Of a DNA stretch of 49,135 bases, positions 1 through 8,560 are shown piece by piece. Positions within the stretch are counted from its first letter, which is position 1; each line of letters opens with the position of its first letter. Origin of the DNA: Pseudomonadota bacterium. GTDB lineage: Bacteria; Pseudomonadota; Gammaproteobacteria; Burkholderiales; SG8-39. Position numbers and translations under genes: made by a program. The notes below the pieces were generated by a model. That model was not told the DNA's origin and ran no database searches. It was given only the letters and a program-made list of their open reading frames with translations. Location: positions 1 through 49,135 of the forward strand of contig JANMXB010000463.1 in assembly GCA_031380765.1 (NCBI GenBank), given 5' to 3'.

Positions 1-333
1 ACAGACCCCATTTTTGGCAAAGGCAGCACGGCGTATAACCGCTTCTACGGGGACACGGATATCGCGCCGAATTCTTGCCTCGCACCGATCGCCCAGGCGC
101 CCTTTTACGCAGTCAAGGTCGTGGTCGGTGACCTCGGAACCTACGCAGGCATCGCAACGAACGGCAAAGCGCAAGCCCTCGATCGCAACAACAAGCCGAT
201 TCCCGGTCTGTACGCGGCAGGCAACGACATGGCGAGCATCATGGGCGGGAATTATCCGGGTCCGGGCATTACGCTCGGACCGGCGATGACTTTCGGCTGG
301 ATCGCCGGCCGGCATCTGGCCGGGGCGGACTGA
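1..333 (+). CDS. FAD-dependent oxidoreductase, C-terminal fragment (KstD / fumarate-reductase flavoprotein-like); 5' end outside window
   Basis: Frame 1 is open from the window edge. The tail LYAAGNDMASIMGGNYPGPGITLGPAMTFGWIAGRHLA is the typical C-terminal FAD-contact segment of this flavoprotein class. Confidence 0.7.
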   Translation, partial: TDPIFGKGSTAYNRFYGDTDIAPNSCLAPIAQAPFYAVKVVVGDLGTYAGIATNGKAQALDRNNKPIPGLYAAGNDMASIMGGNYPGPGITLGPAMTFGWIAGRHLAGAD

Positions 334-346
334 AGCTCGCGCGCCT

Positions 347-1912
347 TCAGTTCACCTTGCGCTCGAGCCCTTCCCAGTAGGGCTTGCGCAATCGGTATTT
401 GAGCAACTTGCCGCTCGGATTCCTCGGCAGCGCGGACAGGAAGTCGATGGTCCTGGGACATTTGTAGTGCGCGATCTGCTCGCGCGCGAAGGCGATGATC
501 GCTTCTGCCTTCGCGGCGGCGCCGGGCTTGAGCACGACGCAAGCCTTGACTGATTCGCCCCATTTCTCGTCCGGCACGCCGATCACGGCCACATCGGCCA
601 CCGCGGGATGCTTCATGAGCGCGTTCTCGACTTCGGCCGGGTAGATGTTCTCGCCGCCCGAGATGATCATGTCCTTGATGCGGTCGTGAATGAAAAGATA
701 CTCGCCGCGCAGGTAGCCTGCGTCGCCGCTGCGAAACCACCCGCCGTCTTGCGGATGGCCTTCGGGAAAAGCATCCGTCGTGGCCTTCGGATTGTTCCAG
801 TAGCCTTTCATGTTCTGCCGGCTGCGGATCCATACTTCGCCGACTTCGCCTTCGGGCAGGGTTTTTCCGGAAGCATCGACGATGCGCAGTTCCACCCCGG
901 GCAGCGCCTTGCCCGCCGAGCGCAGCAAATGCGCGCGCGGACTGTCGGGCGCATGGTCTTGCGCCGGCAGGAACGTGACTGCGCCGGTCGTCTCCGTGAG
1001 CCCGTACACCTGCAGGAAGCCGCAGCCGAACACGCGCATTGCGTCGAGCAGGACTTTCTCGCTGATCGGCGCGGCGCCGTAGGCGATCCGGTCGAGCGAA
1101 GCGTAATTGCCTTTGTCCGCGCCAGGCGTGTTGACGAGGACCATGATCATCGCGGGCACGAGGAACATGTGCGTTACGCCGTGCTCTGCGATCGCAGCGA
1201 TTATTGTTTGCGGATCGAAGTCCGGCTGCAGCACGGTTTCGCCGCCCAGCAGGAATGTCAGCAGTGCAAGCTCAATGCCGGCGATGTGGAAAGAGGGGAG
1301 CGCGTTGAACATCACCGACTTCCCCGGCCGGAATCCCCACACGTCGCGAAACAGCGTCTGCGGCAGGAGAAGGTTGGCGTGGGTCAGTTCCACCCCCTTG
1401 GGCAATCCGGTCGTGCCCGAGGAGTAAAGCTGCAGCGCGGTGTCCCCCGGCAAAGGCTGGTGCTGCTTTTCCAGTGGCTCGAAGCCCGCGAACCAGGCGT
1501 GGAAACCCCGATGGCCGCCCTCGTCGCGGTCGGTCACGAAGAGGGCCTCGGGATGGCGCCCTTTTTGCACCGCCTGCAGAAAAGCCGTGTCGGCCATCAG
1601 GAAGCGCGCGCCTCCGTCCGTGACGATGAATTCGATCTCCGGCGCAGCCAGCCGCCAGTTCACCGGCATGAACACGGCGCCGACCTTGCACGCGGCCAGG
1701 GTGAGCAGGATGCACTCCGCGGTGTGCTTGGTGAGCGCCGCGACCCGGTCGCCGGGGCCGATGCCCAGGGATTTGAGGCCTTGTGCGATGCGATCCGACG
1801 CATCGCCGACCTCCCGCATCGTCCAGTTTCGCGTGAGCGTGCGGTAGGCGACTGCGTCAGGCCGCGCGGCGATGACTCTACGCACCACGGCGAGCAGGTT
1901 TTCGTCGGCCAT
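347..1912 (-). CDS. AMP-forming acyl-CoA synthetase / fatty-acid--CoA ligase
   Basis: AMP-binding signature LYSSGTTGLPKGVELTH and C-terminal PRNPSGKLLK. I prefer ATG 1912 (GGGAGA 6 nt upstream) over the TTG at 1933 used by the ORF track. Confidence 0.9.
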   Translation of the reverse strand: MADENLLAVVRRVIAARPDAVAYRTLTRNWTMREVGDASDRIAQGLKSLGIGPGDRVAALTKHTAECILLTLAACKVGAVFMPVNWRLAAPEIEFIVTDGGARFLMADTAFLQAVQKGRHPEALFVTDRDEGGHRGFHAWFAGFEPLEKQHQPLPGDTALQLYSSGTTGLPKGVELTHANLLLPQTLFRDVWGFRPGKSVMFNALPSFHIAGIELALLTFLLGGETVLQPDFDPQTIIAAIAEHGVTHMFLVPAMIMVLVNTPGADKGNYASLDRIAYGAAPISEKVLLDAMRVFGCGFLQVYGLTETTGAVTFLPAQDHAPDSPRAHLLRSAGKALPGVELRIVDASGKTLPEGEVGEVWIRSRQNMKGYWNNPKATTDAFPEGHPQDGGWFRSGDAGYLRGEYLFIHDRIKDMIISGGENIYPAEVENALMKHPAVADVAVIGVPDEKWGESVKACVVLKPGAAAKAEAIIAFAREQIAHYKCPRTIDFLSALPRNPSGKLLKYRLRKPYWEGLERKVN

Positions 1913-1991
1913 GATCGTCTCCCGGTTTGCCAAAGTATCGCGCAGCCTCCGGGAAATTGCAGCCCAAATCGAACCCGGTTAGTCTCGCCGC

Positions 1992-2381
1992 ATGGGGGAG
2001 GAGAGGAAGACGGCCGGCAAGGCTCCGGCAGCAAAGAAAGCGCGCAAGGCCGTGCCGGGCGCACGTCACCGGCACTCGGTCTACGTCATCGAGCTCAGTC
2101 CCGAAGTGCTGAACGAGGCGCGCTTTCGCAGGGCCAATCCGGATTACGATGTGACCAAGCCTTGCGTGTACGTGGGGATGACCGGGCTGACACCCGAGCG
2201 GCGTTTCGAGAACCATAAAAAGGGGGTCAAATCGAATCGTTATGCGCACCAGTACGGACTGCGCCTGTTGCCCAGGCTGTACGTTTTCTACAACCCCATG
2301 CCCTACCGCGCGGCGCAGGACATGGAAATCGAACTCGCGATCGGCCTGCGCGAAGAAGGCTACGGCGTGTGGCAGGCTTGA
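1992..2381 (+). CDS. small GIY-YIG-like domain protein with Lys/Ala-rich N-terminal tail
   Basis: 129 aa. SVYVIEL...CVYVGMTG...RRFENHKKG resembles the GIY-(10-11 aa)-YIG plus Arg/His core. N-terminus is KTAGKAPAAKKARKA. Function not assignable by eye. Confidence 0.5.
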   Translation: MGEERKTAGKAPAAKKARKAVPGARHRHSVYVIELSPEVLNEARFRRANPDYDVTKPCVYVGMTGLTPERRFENHKKGVKSNRYAHQYGLRLLPRLYVFYNPMPYRAAQDMEIELAIGLREEGYGVWQA

Positions 2382-2403
2382 TCGAAAAATCCGGGAGGCG
2401 GGC

Positions 2404-3249
2404 ATGAGCAGCACTGAAGAAGTTCTCTACGAAGTCCAGGACCGCGTGGCGGTGATCCGTCTCAACCGGCCGGAGTCCCTCAACGCTTTCACGGCCGCGA
2501 TGGGCACCGGGCTGAGGAAGGCGATGGCAACCGCGGTGGCGGCTGGGTCCGTGCGGGTGATTGTGCTGACTGGCGCGGGGCGCGGATTCTGTGCCGGCGC
2601 GGACATGAAGCTCCTGCAGGGCATCAAGACTGGAGCCGCGAGCGCTTCGGGCGCGGCGGCAGACACAGAGCCGACTGCGGATTTCGCCTCCGAACTCGGA
2701 CCGGATGTTTCCGGACACTACGGCGGTCGCTTCGGTTACCTGTTCAAGGCGAGCAAGCCCGTCATCGCGGCCATCAATGGCCCCGCCGCCGGCCTTGGGT
2801 TCGTGCTTGCCCTGTACGCCGACATCCGGTTTGCGGGAAGCGATGCGAAATTCACCACGTCGTTCGGGCAACGCGGACTGATCGCGGAACACGGCGTGAG
2901 CTGGCTGCTGCCGCGCCTCGTGGGCCCGGCGCATGCGCTCGACCTGCTCCTCTCGGCGCGCAAGTTCGGCGCCGCCGAGGCCGAGAAGATCGGCCTCGTG
3001 AACAAGGTGTTTGCGCAGGCGACATTCATGGACGAGGTCATGGCCTATGCGCGCACGATGGCCGATACCGTGTCGCCGCGCTCCACCGCGGTCATCAAGG
3101 CGCAGGTCTGGAAGGCGCCTTTCCAGGACTTCGATGCGGCACTTGCGGTGGCCAACAGCGAAATGCAGAAGAGTTTCGCCAGTGAGGATTTCAAGGAAGG
3201 GGTGGCGCACTACGTCGAGAAGCGGGCACCGGCTTTCAAGGGCCGTTAG
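2404..3249 (+). CDS. enoyl-CoA hydratase/isomerase (crotonase) family protein
   Basis: MSSTEEVLYEVQDRVAVIRLNRPESLNAF...VIVLTGAGRGFCAGADM crotonase signature. In-frame ATG at 2404; the upstream ORF extension (from 2242) is Arg/Cys-rich and implausible. Confidence 0.9.
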   Translation: MSSTEEVLYEVQDRVAVIRLNRPESLNAFTAAMGTGLRKAMATAVAAGSVRVIVLTGAGRGFCAGADMKLLQGIKTGAASASGAAADTEPTADFASELGPDVSGHYGGRFGYLFKASKPVIAAINGPAAGLGFVLALYADIRFAGSDAKFTTSFGQRGLIAEHGVSWLLPRLVGPAHALDLLLSARKFGAAEAEKIGLVNKVFAQATFMDEVMAYARTMADTVSPRSTAVIKAQVWKAPFQDFDAALAVANSEMQKSFASEDFKEGVAHYVEKRAPAFKGR

Positions 3250-3253
3250 CGCC

Positions 3254-4030
3254 ATGGCGGGTTACCTGCGGCTGCGCCAGATCTGCCTGGTCACGTCCGA
3301 CCTTGCGCGCGAAGCCGGCCGGATCAAGGAAATTTTCGGGCTCGAGGAGTGCTATCGCGACCCGAACGTCGCGCGCTATGGTCTCGAGAATGTGATTCTT
3401 CCCGTGGGGACGGATTTCATCGAGATCGTTGCCCCGACGCGCGAAGGCACGGCCGCCGGCCGGTTCCTCACGCGCCACGCCGGGCGCCACGGCTACATGA
3501 TCATCATGGATTGCGACGACCCGATGCAACGGCAGGCGCATTGCGAAGTGCTTGGCGTGCGCACGGCCAACCTGATCCGCCACGGCGGCTACCTCGGCGT
3601 GCAGTTGCATCCCAAGGACACCGGCGGGGCGATGATCGAATTCAACCGCACCGAGGATGGGGCGGATCCCGGTGGGCCATACGCACCCGCGGGCGCAGAC
3701 TGGAAAAAGGCCGTCCGCCAGCAGGTGACCCAGCGGCTGCTCGCGGCGCAGATCGAATGCCCCGACGCCGCCGAATTTGCGTCACGCTGGGGCGAGATCG
3801 TGCAAAGACCCGTGCAGGCTCTACCCAAGGGACGGTTTCGAATTGCCCTCGACACGGGCGCCCTCGTATTCCTGCCCTCCGACAGCGCGCACGCTGTGTT
3901 GGCGGGAATAGAACTGCAGGTTGCCAGCCGCGCACGCGTAATGCGCGCGGCGCAGGCGCTCGGCTGCATCGGTCCGGGCGGGGCGCTCACTGTGTGCGGC
4001 ATCCGCGTTCGTCTTACCGAAGAAAGCTAG
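3254..4030 (+). CDS. VOC/glyoxalase-like family protein
   Basis: ATG 3254 lies 5 nt after the hydratase stop. N-terminal LRQICLVTSDLAREAGRIKEIFGLEE...FIEIVAP is a typical VOC beta-alpha-beta-beta-beta module. The rest of the family call is weaker. Confidence 0.6.
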   Translation: MAGYLRLRQICLVTSDLAREAGRIKEIFGLEECYRDPNVARYGLENVILPVGTDFIEIVAPTREGTAAGRFLTRHAGRHGYMIIMDCDDPMQRQAHCEVLGVRTANLIRHGGYLGVQLHPKDTGGAMIEFNRTEDGADPGGPYAPAGADWKKAVRQQVTQRLLAAQIECPDAAEFASRWGEIVQRPVQALPKGRFRIALDTGALVFLPSDSAHAVLAGIELQVASRARVMRAAQALGCIGPGGALTVCGIRVRLTEES

Positions 4031-4033
4031 ACC

Positions 4034-6154
4034 ATGGTCACGCGAGCGCCATTCACCCATGCCGAGCTGTCCCGCCTCATCGATCCGCGCACTATCGCGA
4101 TCGTTGGCATGTCGCCACGGCCGGGCGCATTCGGCATGCGTTCTTTCGAGAACCTGCAGCATTTCGCGGGCGAGATTTATTTCGTCAACGGCAAGTACGA
4201 CCGGATTGCGGAGCGTCCCGCGTACGCGTCGCTGTCCGCCTTGCCCGCGCCGCCCGACTGCGTCGTGCTGGTGGTGCCCAAGGTTGGAGTGGAGGCGCTT
4301 CTCATGGAGGCGGCCGAAGTGGGCGCGGGCGGCGTCATCGTCTATGCCTCGGCCTACGGCGAAATGGGCGAAGGCGAAGGCCAGGCCGCGCAGGACCGCA
4401 TAGCCGCGATTGCGCGCGACCGAAAACTCCGCGTCCTCGGGCCCAACTGCATCGGCCTGGTGAACAACATCACGCGCGCGGGCATGACGTTCATGCCCGA
4501 TTACGGCAGGATGCCGCACCGCGTGGGACCGGTCGCCATCGTCAGCCAGTCGGGCGCGCTTGGCTACGCGCTCCTGCAGGCTGCCGAACGCGGGCGCGGT
4601 TTTTCGCATTTCATCTCCGCCGGCAACTCGTGCGACATCGACGTGGCCGATCTGATCGCGTACCTCGCCGACGATCCGGGATGCGCTTCGATCATCTGCG
4701 TGTTCGAGGGCGTGCGCGATGCCCAAAAACTGCTCGCGGCGGCCGGGCGCGCGCGGCAAGCAGGCAAGGCGGTGGTGGTTTACAAGCTCGGGGCGAGCGA
4801 ATCGGGCGCGCTGGCCGCACGCTCGCATACCGGGGCGCTCGCGAGTTCCCACGCCGCGATGCTGGCTCTCTTCGAGCGTGCCGGCTTCGTGGTGGTGGAC
4901 GATTTCGAAGCCCTGGTCGAAATGGCGCATTTTCTCGCGTGCGCCGGCCGGCCTTCGGCACGCGGCGTCGCGGTGGTTTCGGGCTCGGGTGGCGCGGGTG
5001 TGATCGCAGCGGACAAGGCGGAAAAATACGGCGTGCCGATGCCGCAACCGCTCGAGGCGACGACCAAGGTGCTGCGGACCATCGTTCCGGCTTTCGGCGC
5101 GGCGCGCAATCCCTGCGATCCCACCGGCCAGGTGCTGAACATTCCGGAGTCGTTCACCCTGTGCATTTCCGCGCTCCTCGAGGATCCCCAGTACGGGGCG
5201 CTGGTGCTGCCGCAAAGCCTTTCGCACCCGGAAGTGACCATCGAGCGCTACGCCCAGATCCGGGCGCTGGCGGACAAGTACGGCAAGCCGATCCTCATCG
5301 CCTGGCTGACCGAGTGGTTGCAGGGGCCGGGTGCGGAGTTGTTCGAATCCGACGAGCGTCTGTCCCTGTTTCGTTCGATGGACCGCTGCTTTGCGGCACT
5401 CGCTGCATGGCATGCGCACGCCGACCGTCCGGCTGCGGACTTCGACAGACCTTCCCGGCTTTCGGCGCACGGGGCGAAAACCAAAGCCGAAGAAACACTC
5501 CGTGATGCGCAAGGAGTGCTGTCCGAGCGGGAGGCCAAGCGGGTTCTTGCCGCATACGGCGTGCCTGTCGTTCCGGACAGGCTCACCGGCAGCGCGGATG
5601 AGGCGGTGGCCGCGGCTGCAGGATTCGGGTATCCGGTGGCGTTGAAAATCGAGGCTCCGGCAATTGCGCACAAGACCGAAGCGGGCGGTGTGCGCCTCGG
5701 TCTTGCCGATGACGCCAGCGTTCGGTTGGCCTACGCGGAGATCGTGGCCAACGCGAAGCGGGTCGCCTGCGCGATTGCCGGCGTGCTCGTGCAGCCCATG
5801 GCGCGGCCCGGGGTCGAAGTGATTCTCGGCGCGCGGGTCGATCCCGTCACGGGCCCGGTCGTCCTGGTGGGCCTTGGCGGAGTAATGGTCGAGTTGCTGC
5901 GCGATACCGTGCTGGCGTTGGCGCCGGTATCGATCGAAGAAGCCAAGGCGATGCTTGCGCGATTGAAGGGCTATCGCCTGCTTAGCGGATTTCGCGGCCG
6001 CGCGCCGGTGGACATCAATGCGCTTGCCGAAGCGATCGCGAGATTTTCGGAGCTTGCCGCCGACCTGGCCGATAGCGTGTCCGAGATCGACGTGAATCCG
6101 CTCATCGCGCGCCCCGACGGCGTGCTTGCGGTGGACGCGCTTGTCACCCGGTGA
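4034..6154 (+). CDS. NDP-forming acyl-CoA synthetase (acetate--CoA ligase family; CoA-binding + succinyl-CoA-synthetase-like + ATP-grasp domains)
   Basis: 706 aa. N-terminal CoA-binding fold (IAIVGMSPRPGAFG), SQSGALG phosphohistidine-loop region and a C-terminal ATP-grasp (LSEREAKRVLAAYGVPV...YPVALKI). Confidence 0.85.
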   Translation: MVTRAPFTHAELSRLIDPRTIAIVGMSPRPGAFGMRSFENLQHFAGEIYFVNGKYDRIAERPAYASLSALPAPPDCVVLVVPKVGVEALLMEAAEVGAGGVIVYASAYGEMGEGEGQAAQDRIAAIARDRKLRVLGPNCIGLVNNITRAGMTFMPDYGRMPHRVGPVAIVSQSGALGYALLQAAERGRGFSHFISAGNSCDIDVADLIAYLADDPGCASIICVFEGVRDAQKLLAAAGRARQAGKAVVVYKLGASESGALAARSHTGALASSHAAMLALFERAGFVVVDDFEALVEMAHFLACAGRPSARGVAVVSGSGGAGVIAADKAEKYGVPMPQPLEATTKVLRTIVPAFGAARNPCDPTGQVLNIPESFTLCISALLEDPQYGALVLPQSLSHPEVTIERYAQIRALADKYGKPILIAWLTEWLQGPGAELFESDERLSLFRSMDRCFAALAAWHAHADRPAADFDRPSRLSAHGAKTKAEETLRDAQGVLSEREAKRVLAAYGVPVVPDRLTGSADEAVAAAAGFGYPVALKIEAPAIAHKTEAGGVRLGLADDASVRLAYAEIVANAKRVACAIAGVLVQPMARPGVEVILGARVDPVTGPVVLVGLGGVMVELLRDTVLALAPVSIEEAKAMLARLKGYRLLSGFRGRAPVDINALAEAIARFSELAADLADSVSEIDVNPLIARPDGVLAVDALVTR

Positions 6155-6160
6155 TTCGGG

Positions 6161-7804
6161 CTATCGGCTGCCGCGCACCTTGCGCACTTGTGCGGTATAG
6201 GCCGCGAGGATCTCGCGGTTGAAGACGCCGCTGAAATTGTCTTCCATTTCGCGCGCAAGCTGCTCGTGCTGCGCGACCGAGATGTCCCACAACTTCGATT
6301 TGCGCGTGAGGTTGAGACCGCCCAGGTTTACGCCGTGCTCGCGCTCGATTTTCTTCGGGTCGATCCTGAGCAGAGCAGTCGTGACGGCTGCGCGCATGCC
6401 GGCGATCAGCGCAACCTGATGCGCGCGCAGATCGGCGCAGGCATCGCTCAACGCCTGCACCGGGTCGGAATCGCCGATGGCCGGACGCCGCGGGTCGAAA
6501 AGAAAGGCAATCACCTCCGCCGGGCTCGCCATGGAAGTGAGAGGATTGTCGCCCTCGGCGTCATCAGGCTCCGCGCCGAGCTCCCTGCGCGCCTCCGCTC
6601 GAGCGAGGAGCAGCATCATCACGCCCTCGACTGCCGCGCGGACCATGACGCCGGTGCTGCGCAAGAAAGATTCGGCATCGGCAACCGGGAGGTCGGCGAG
6701 CCCGGCGCCTTCGAGGAATGCCTGCACCGCGCGCTCGTTCGCGGTTGCCGCGGCGGCCGGCGCTGCGCGCGGCCCGATTTCGGGGGCGGGCGGCGGTGCC
6801 GTCGGCGGGCCCGGAGGCCGCACATAGGTGAGATCTTCGGAGAACCCTTCTTCCACTTCGGGGGCCGGCGGCGGCGCGGACGTTACGGAGGTTTCTTCCT
6901 CTGCGAACGCATCCGAAAGGTCGAAGTCGATCCCGGCAGGTGGTTCCCCTGCCGCGGGCGGTTCCACTGTTTTTTGCGGACCCGTTTCCTCCGCCGGCCG
7001 GCGGCGGAAGTTGGTCATGTCCTCCTCGGTAGTTTCGTCCGCGCCGCGGGAGGGTTCCGTCGAAGAGCTGCGCCCTGACGCAGGCTTCCCCCACATTGGC
7101 GGTATGTAGGTCACCTCGTCGTCCGCAAACGCGGTATCGGGCAAGGTCGTCTTGACTGCCGGTGGCGGTGCGGCGGGCGGCGGTGGCGGGACAACTGTCT
7201 TGACCGGAGGAACATAGGTCGCTTCTTCCGCGTCGGCCGCGCTGGCGGACGGGGGGAGGGGCGGGGTGGGCGGCGCAGCCTTTGGAGGCGGCACAACCGG
7301 GACCGCCGGCTTGGGCGGCGGAATGTAAGTCGCTTCCGGATTATCAGCCGCGCTGTCGGGCAGTTCTGCCGCTGGCGCCGGAGCTCTGGAAGGAAAGTCC
7401 GATCGACGCGCTACGTAGGTGATGTCCTCCGGTCTTTCGACAGCGTGCTTGGGCGGTTCCACCCGGGCCGGCGGGGGCGGCGGCACCCGGGCTTCGACGA
7501 TTTCAAGCTTGTACAGTCCGATCGATATGTGATCGCCGTCGGCCAGAACGGCCCGCTCGCCGAACATCAAGCGCTTGCCGTTGACGATGACCGGATTGAC
7601 CTTGGAGACCACCTTCAGCCAGTAGGCGCCGTCCTGCTCCTCGAACTCGGCATGCGCGCGCGAGACGTGCTTTTGCGTGTCCTCGAGCGTGACCGTGGAT
7701 TCCTTGTCGCGGCCGATGGTGATGCGCTTGTCGTGCAGCGTATGGCTCGACACCGGCTTGAACCGTCCTCCGGCGCTGATGGATATGTTGACCTTGATCG
7801 GCAT
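6161..7804 (-). CDS. FHA-domain protein with TagH-type (T6SS-associated FHA scaffold) C-terminal domain and proline-rich linker
   Basis: N-terminal FHA signature residues (ITIGRD...SRAH...VNGKRL). A 240-aa Pro-rich linker. C-terminus AVQAFLEGAGL...NPL...HQVAL...KLWD matches my recollection of the TagH/ImpI C-terminal domain. Confidence 0.75.
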   Translation of the reverse strand: MPIKVNISISAGGRFKPVSSHTLHDKRITIGRDKESTVTLEDTQKHVSRAHAEFEEQDGAYWLKVVSKVNPVIVNGKRLMFGERAVLADGDHISIGLYKLEIVEARVPPPPPARVEPPKHAVERPEDITYVARRSDFPSRAPAPAAELPDSAADNPEATYIPPPKPAVPVVPPPKAAPPTPPLPPSASAADAEEATYVPPVKTVVPPPPPAAPPPAVKTTLPDTAFADDEVTYIPPMWGKPASGRSSSTEPSRGADETTEEDMTNFRRRPAEETGPQKTVEPPAAGEPPAGIDFDLSDAFAEEETSVTSAPPPAPEVEEGFSEDLTYVRPPGPPTAPPPAPEIGPRAAPAAAATANERAVQAFLEGAGLADLPVADAESFLRSTGVMVRAAVEGVMMLLLARAEARRELGAEPDDAEGDNPLTSMASPAEVIAFLFDPRRPAIGDSDPVQALSDACADLRAHQVALIAGMRAAVTTALLRIDPKKIEREHGVNLGGLNLTRKSKLWDISVAQHEQLAREMEDNFSGVFNREILAAYTAQVRKVRGSR

Positions 7805-8004
7805 CGTGTCTTTTCGTGCGCTCCGCTTTTCGCTGCCCCGTCGAGGGCCGGCCTGCCTCCGGTCGGGTACGGCAGTGTATCGCTACTGTCCGCAATTGCG
7901 CACGGCAGGGCCTTGCCTGCAAACACTACGCCATTCGAAGGCGAGGCAGGCCTTCCGACCCGTTTAAGGAAAGGGAGCGACCGTCGGACTCGATTGATTC
8001 CCCG

Positions 8005-8032
8005 TTGTTTGGGGCGGACCGTGGCGTAAAAT
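8005..8032 (+). promoter_or_regulatory. candidate sigma70 promoter for ccmEFGHI
   Basis: TTGTTT (8005-8010), 16-nt spacer, TAAAAT (8027-8032), 46 nt upstream of the ccmE GTG. By-eye match only. Confidence 0.3.
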
Positions 8033-8077
8033 TCGGCTCTCGATCCAGTAGGACCGGTCGCACTGCATCCTTTTCCC

Positions 8078-8527
8078 GTGAAACCCCGACACAAACGAAT
8101 GGCATTCATCGGCGCCGGCCTGGCGGTACTCGCTGCGGCCGCGGGGCTCGTCCTGAACGCGTTTCAGGGTAATCTGGTGTTTTTCTTCAGCCCGACCCAG
8201 GTCGTCGCGAAAGAAGCGCCACTGGAGCGCGCATTCCGTATCGGCGGCATGGTTGAGAGTGGCAGCCTGAAGCGCCAAAACGACGGATTGACCGTGCGCT
8301 TCAACGTGACTGACACAGCCAAGACGATCCCGGTCGTTTATACGGGCATTCTTCCCGACCTGTTCAAGGAAGGCAAAGGCGTGGTGGCGCAGGGGCGGCT
8401 TGGACCGGACGGAGTCTTTCACGCCACCGACGTCCTGGCCAAGCACGACGAAAACTACATGCCGCCGGAGGCGGGTCACGCCATCGAGCAGGCGCAAAAG
8501 GCGCAAAAGAGCGTTTCCGCGAAGTAG
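8078..8527 (+). CDS. ccmE: cytochrome c maturation heme chaperone CcmE
   Basis: GTG start giving MKPRHKR + TM segment. OB-fold region and C-terminal heme-binding motif [12 protein letters not shown]. Confidence 0.95.
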   Translation: MKPRHKRMAFIGAGLAVLAAAAGLVLNAFQGNLVFFFSPTQVVAKEAPLERAFRIGGMVESGSLKRQNDGLTVRFNVTDTAKTIPVVYTGILPDLFKEGKGVVAQGRLGPDGVFHATDVLAKHDENYMPPEAGHAIEQAQKAQKSVSAK

Positions 8528-8560
8528 CAGGCGCATCGGCATCGCAAATCAGAGGCTCCC

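Noticed and set aside
608-2218. 536-aa plus-strand ORF
   Set aside because: It is antisense to the AMP-forming ligase (347-1912) and runs through the divergent intergenic region. It has no recognisable domain.
3349-5671. 718-aa (+) and 616-aa (-) ORFs overlapping the VOC and NDP-forming synthetase genes
   Set aside because: They are off-frame or antisense shadows of 3254-4030 and 4034-6154. The sequences are Arg/Pro/Gly-rich and motif-free.
6161-7804. Possibility that the window contains a type VI secretion locus
   Set aside because: Only the TagH-like gene is present. No Hcp, VgrG, TssB/C, TssM, ClpV, PpkA or PppA signatures appear in any frame of the window.
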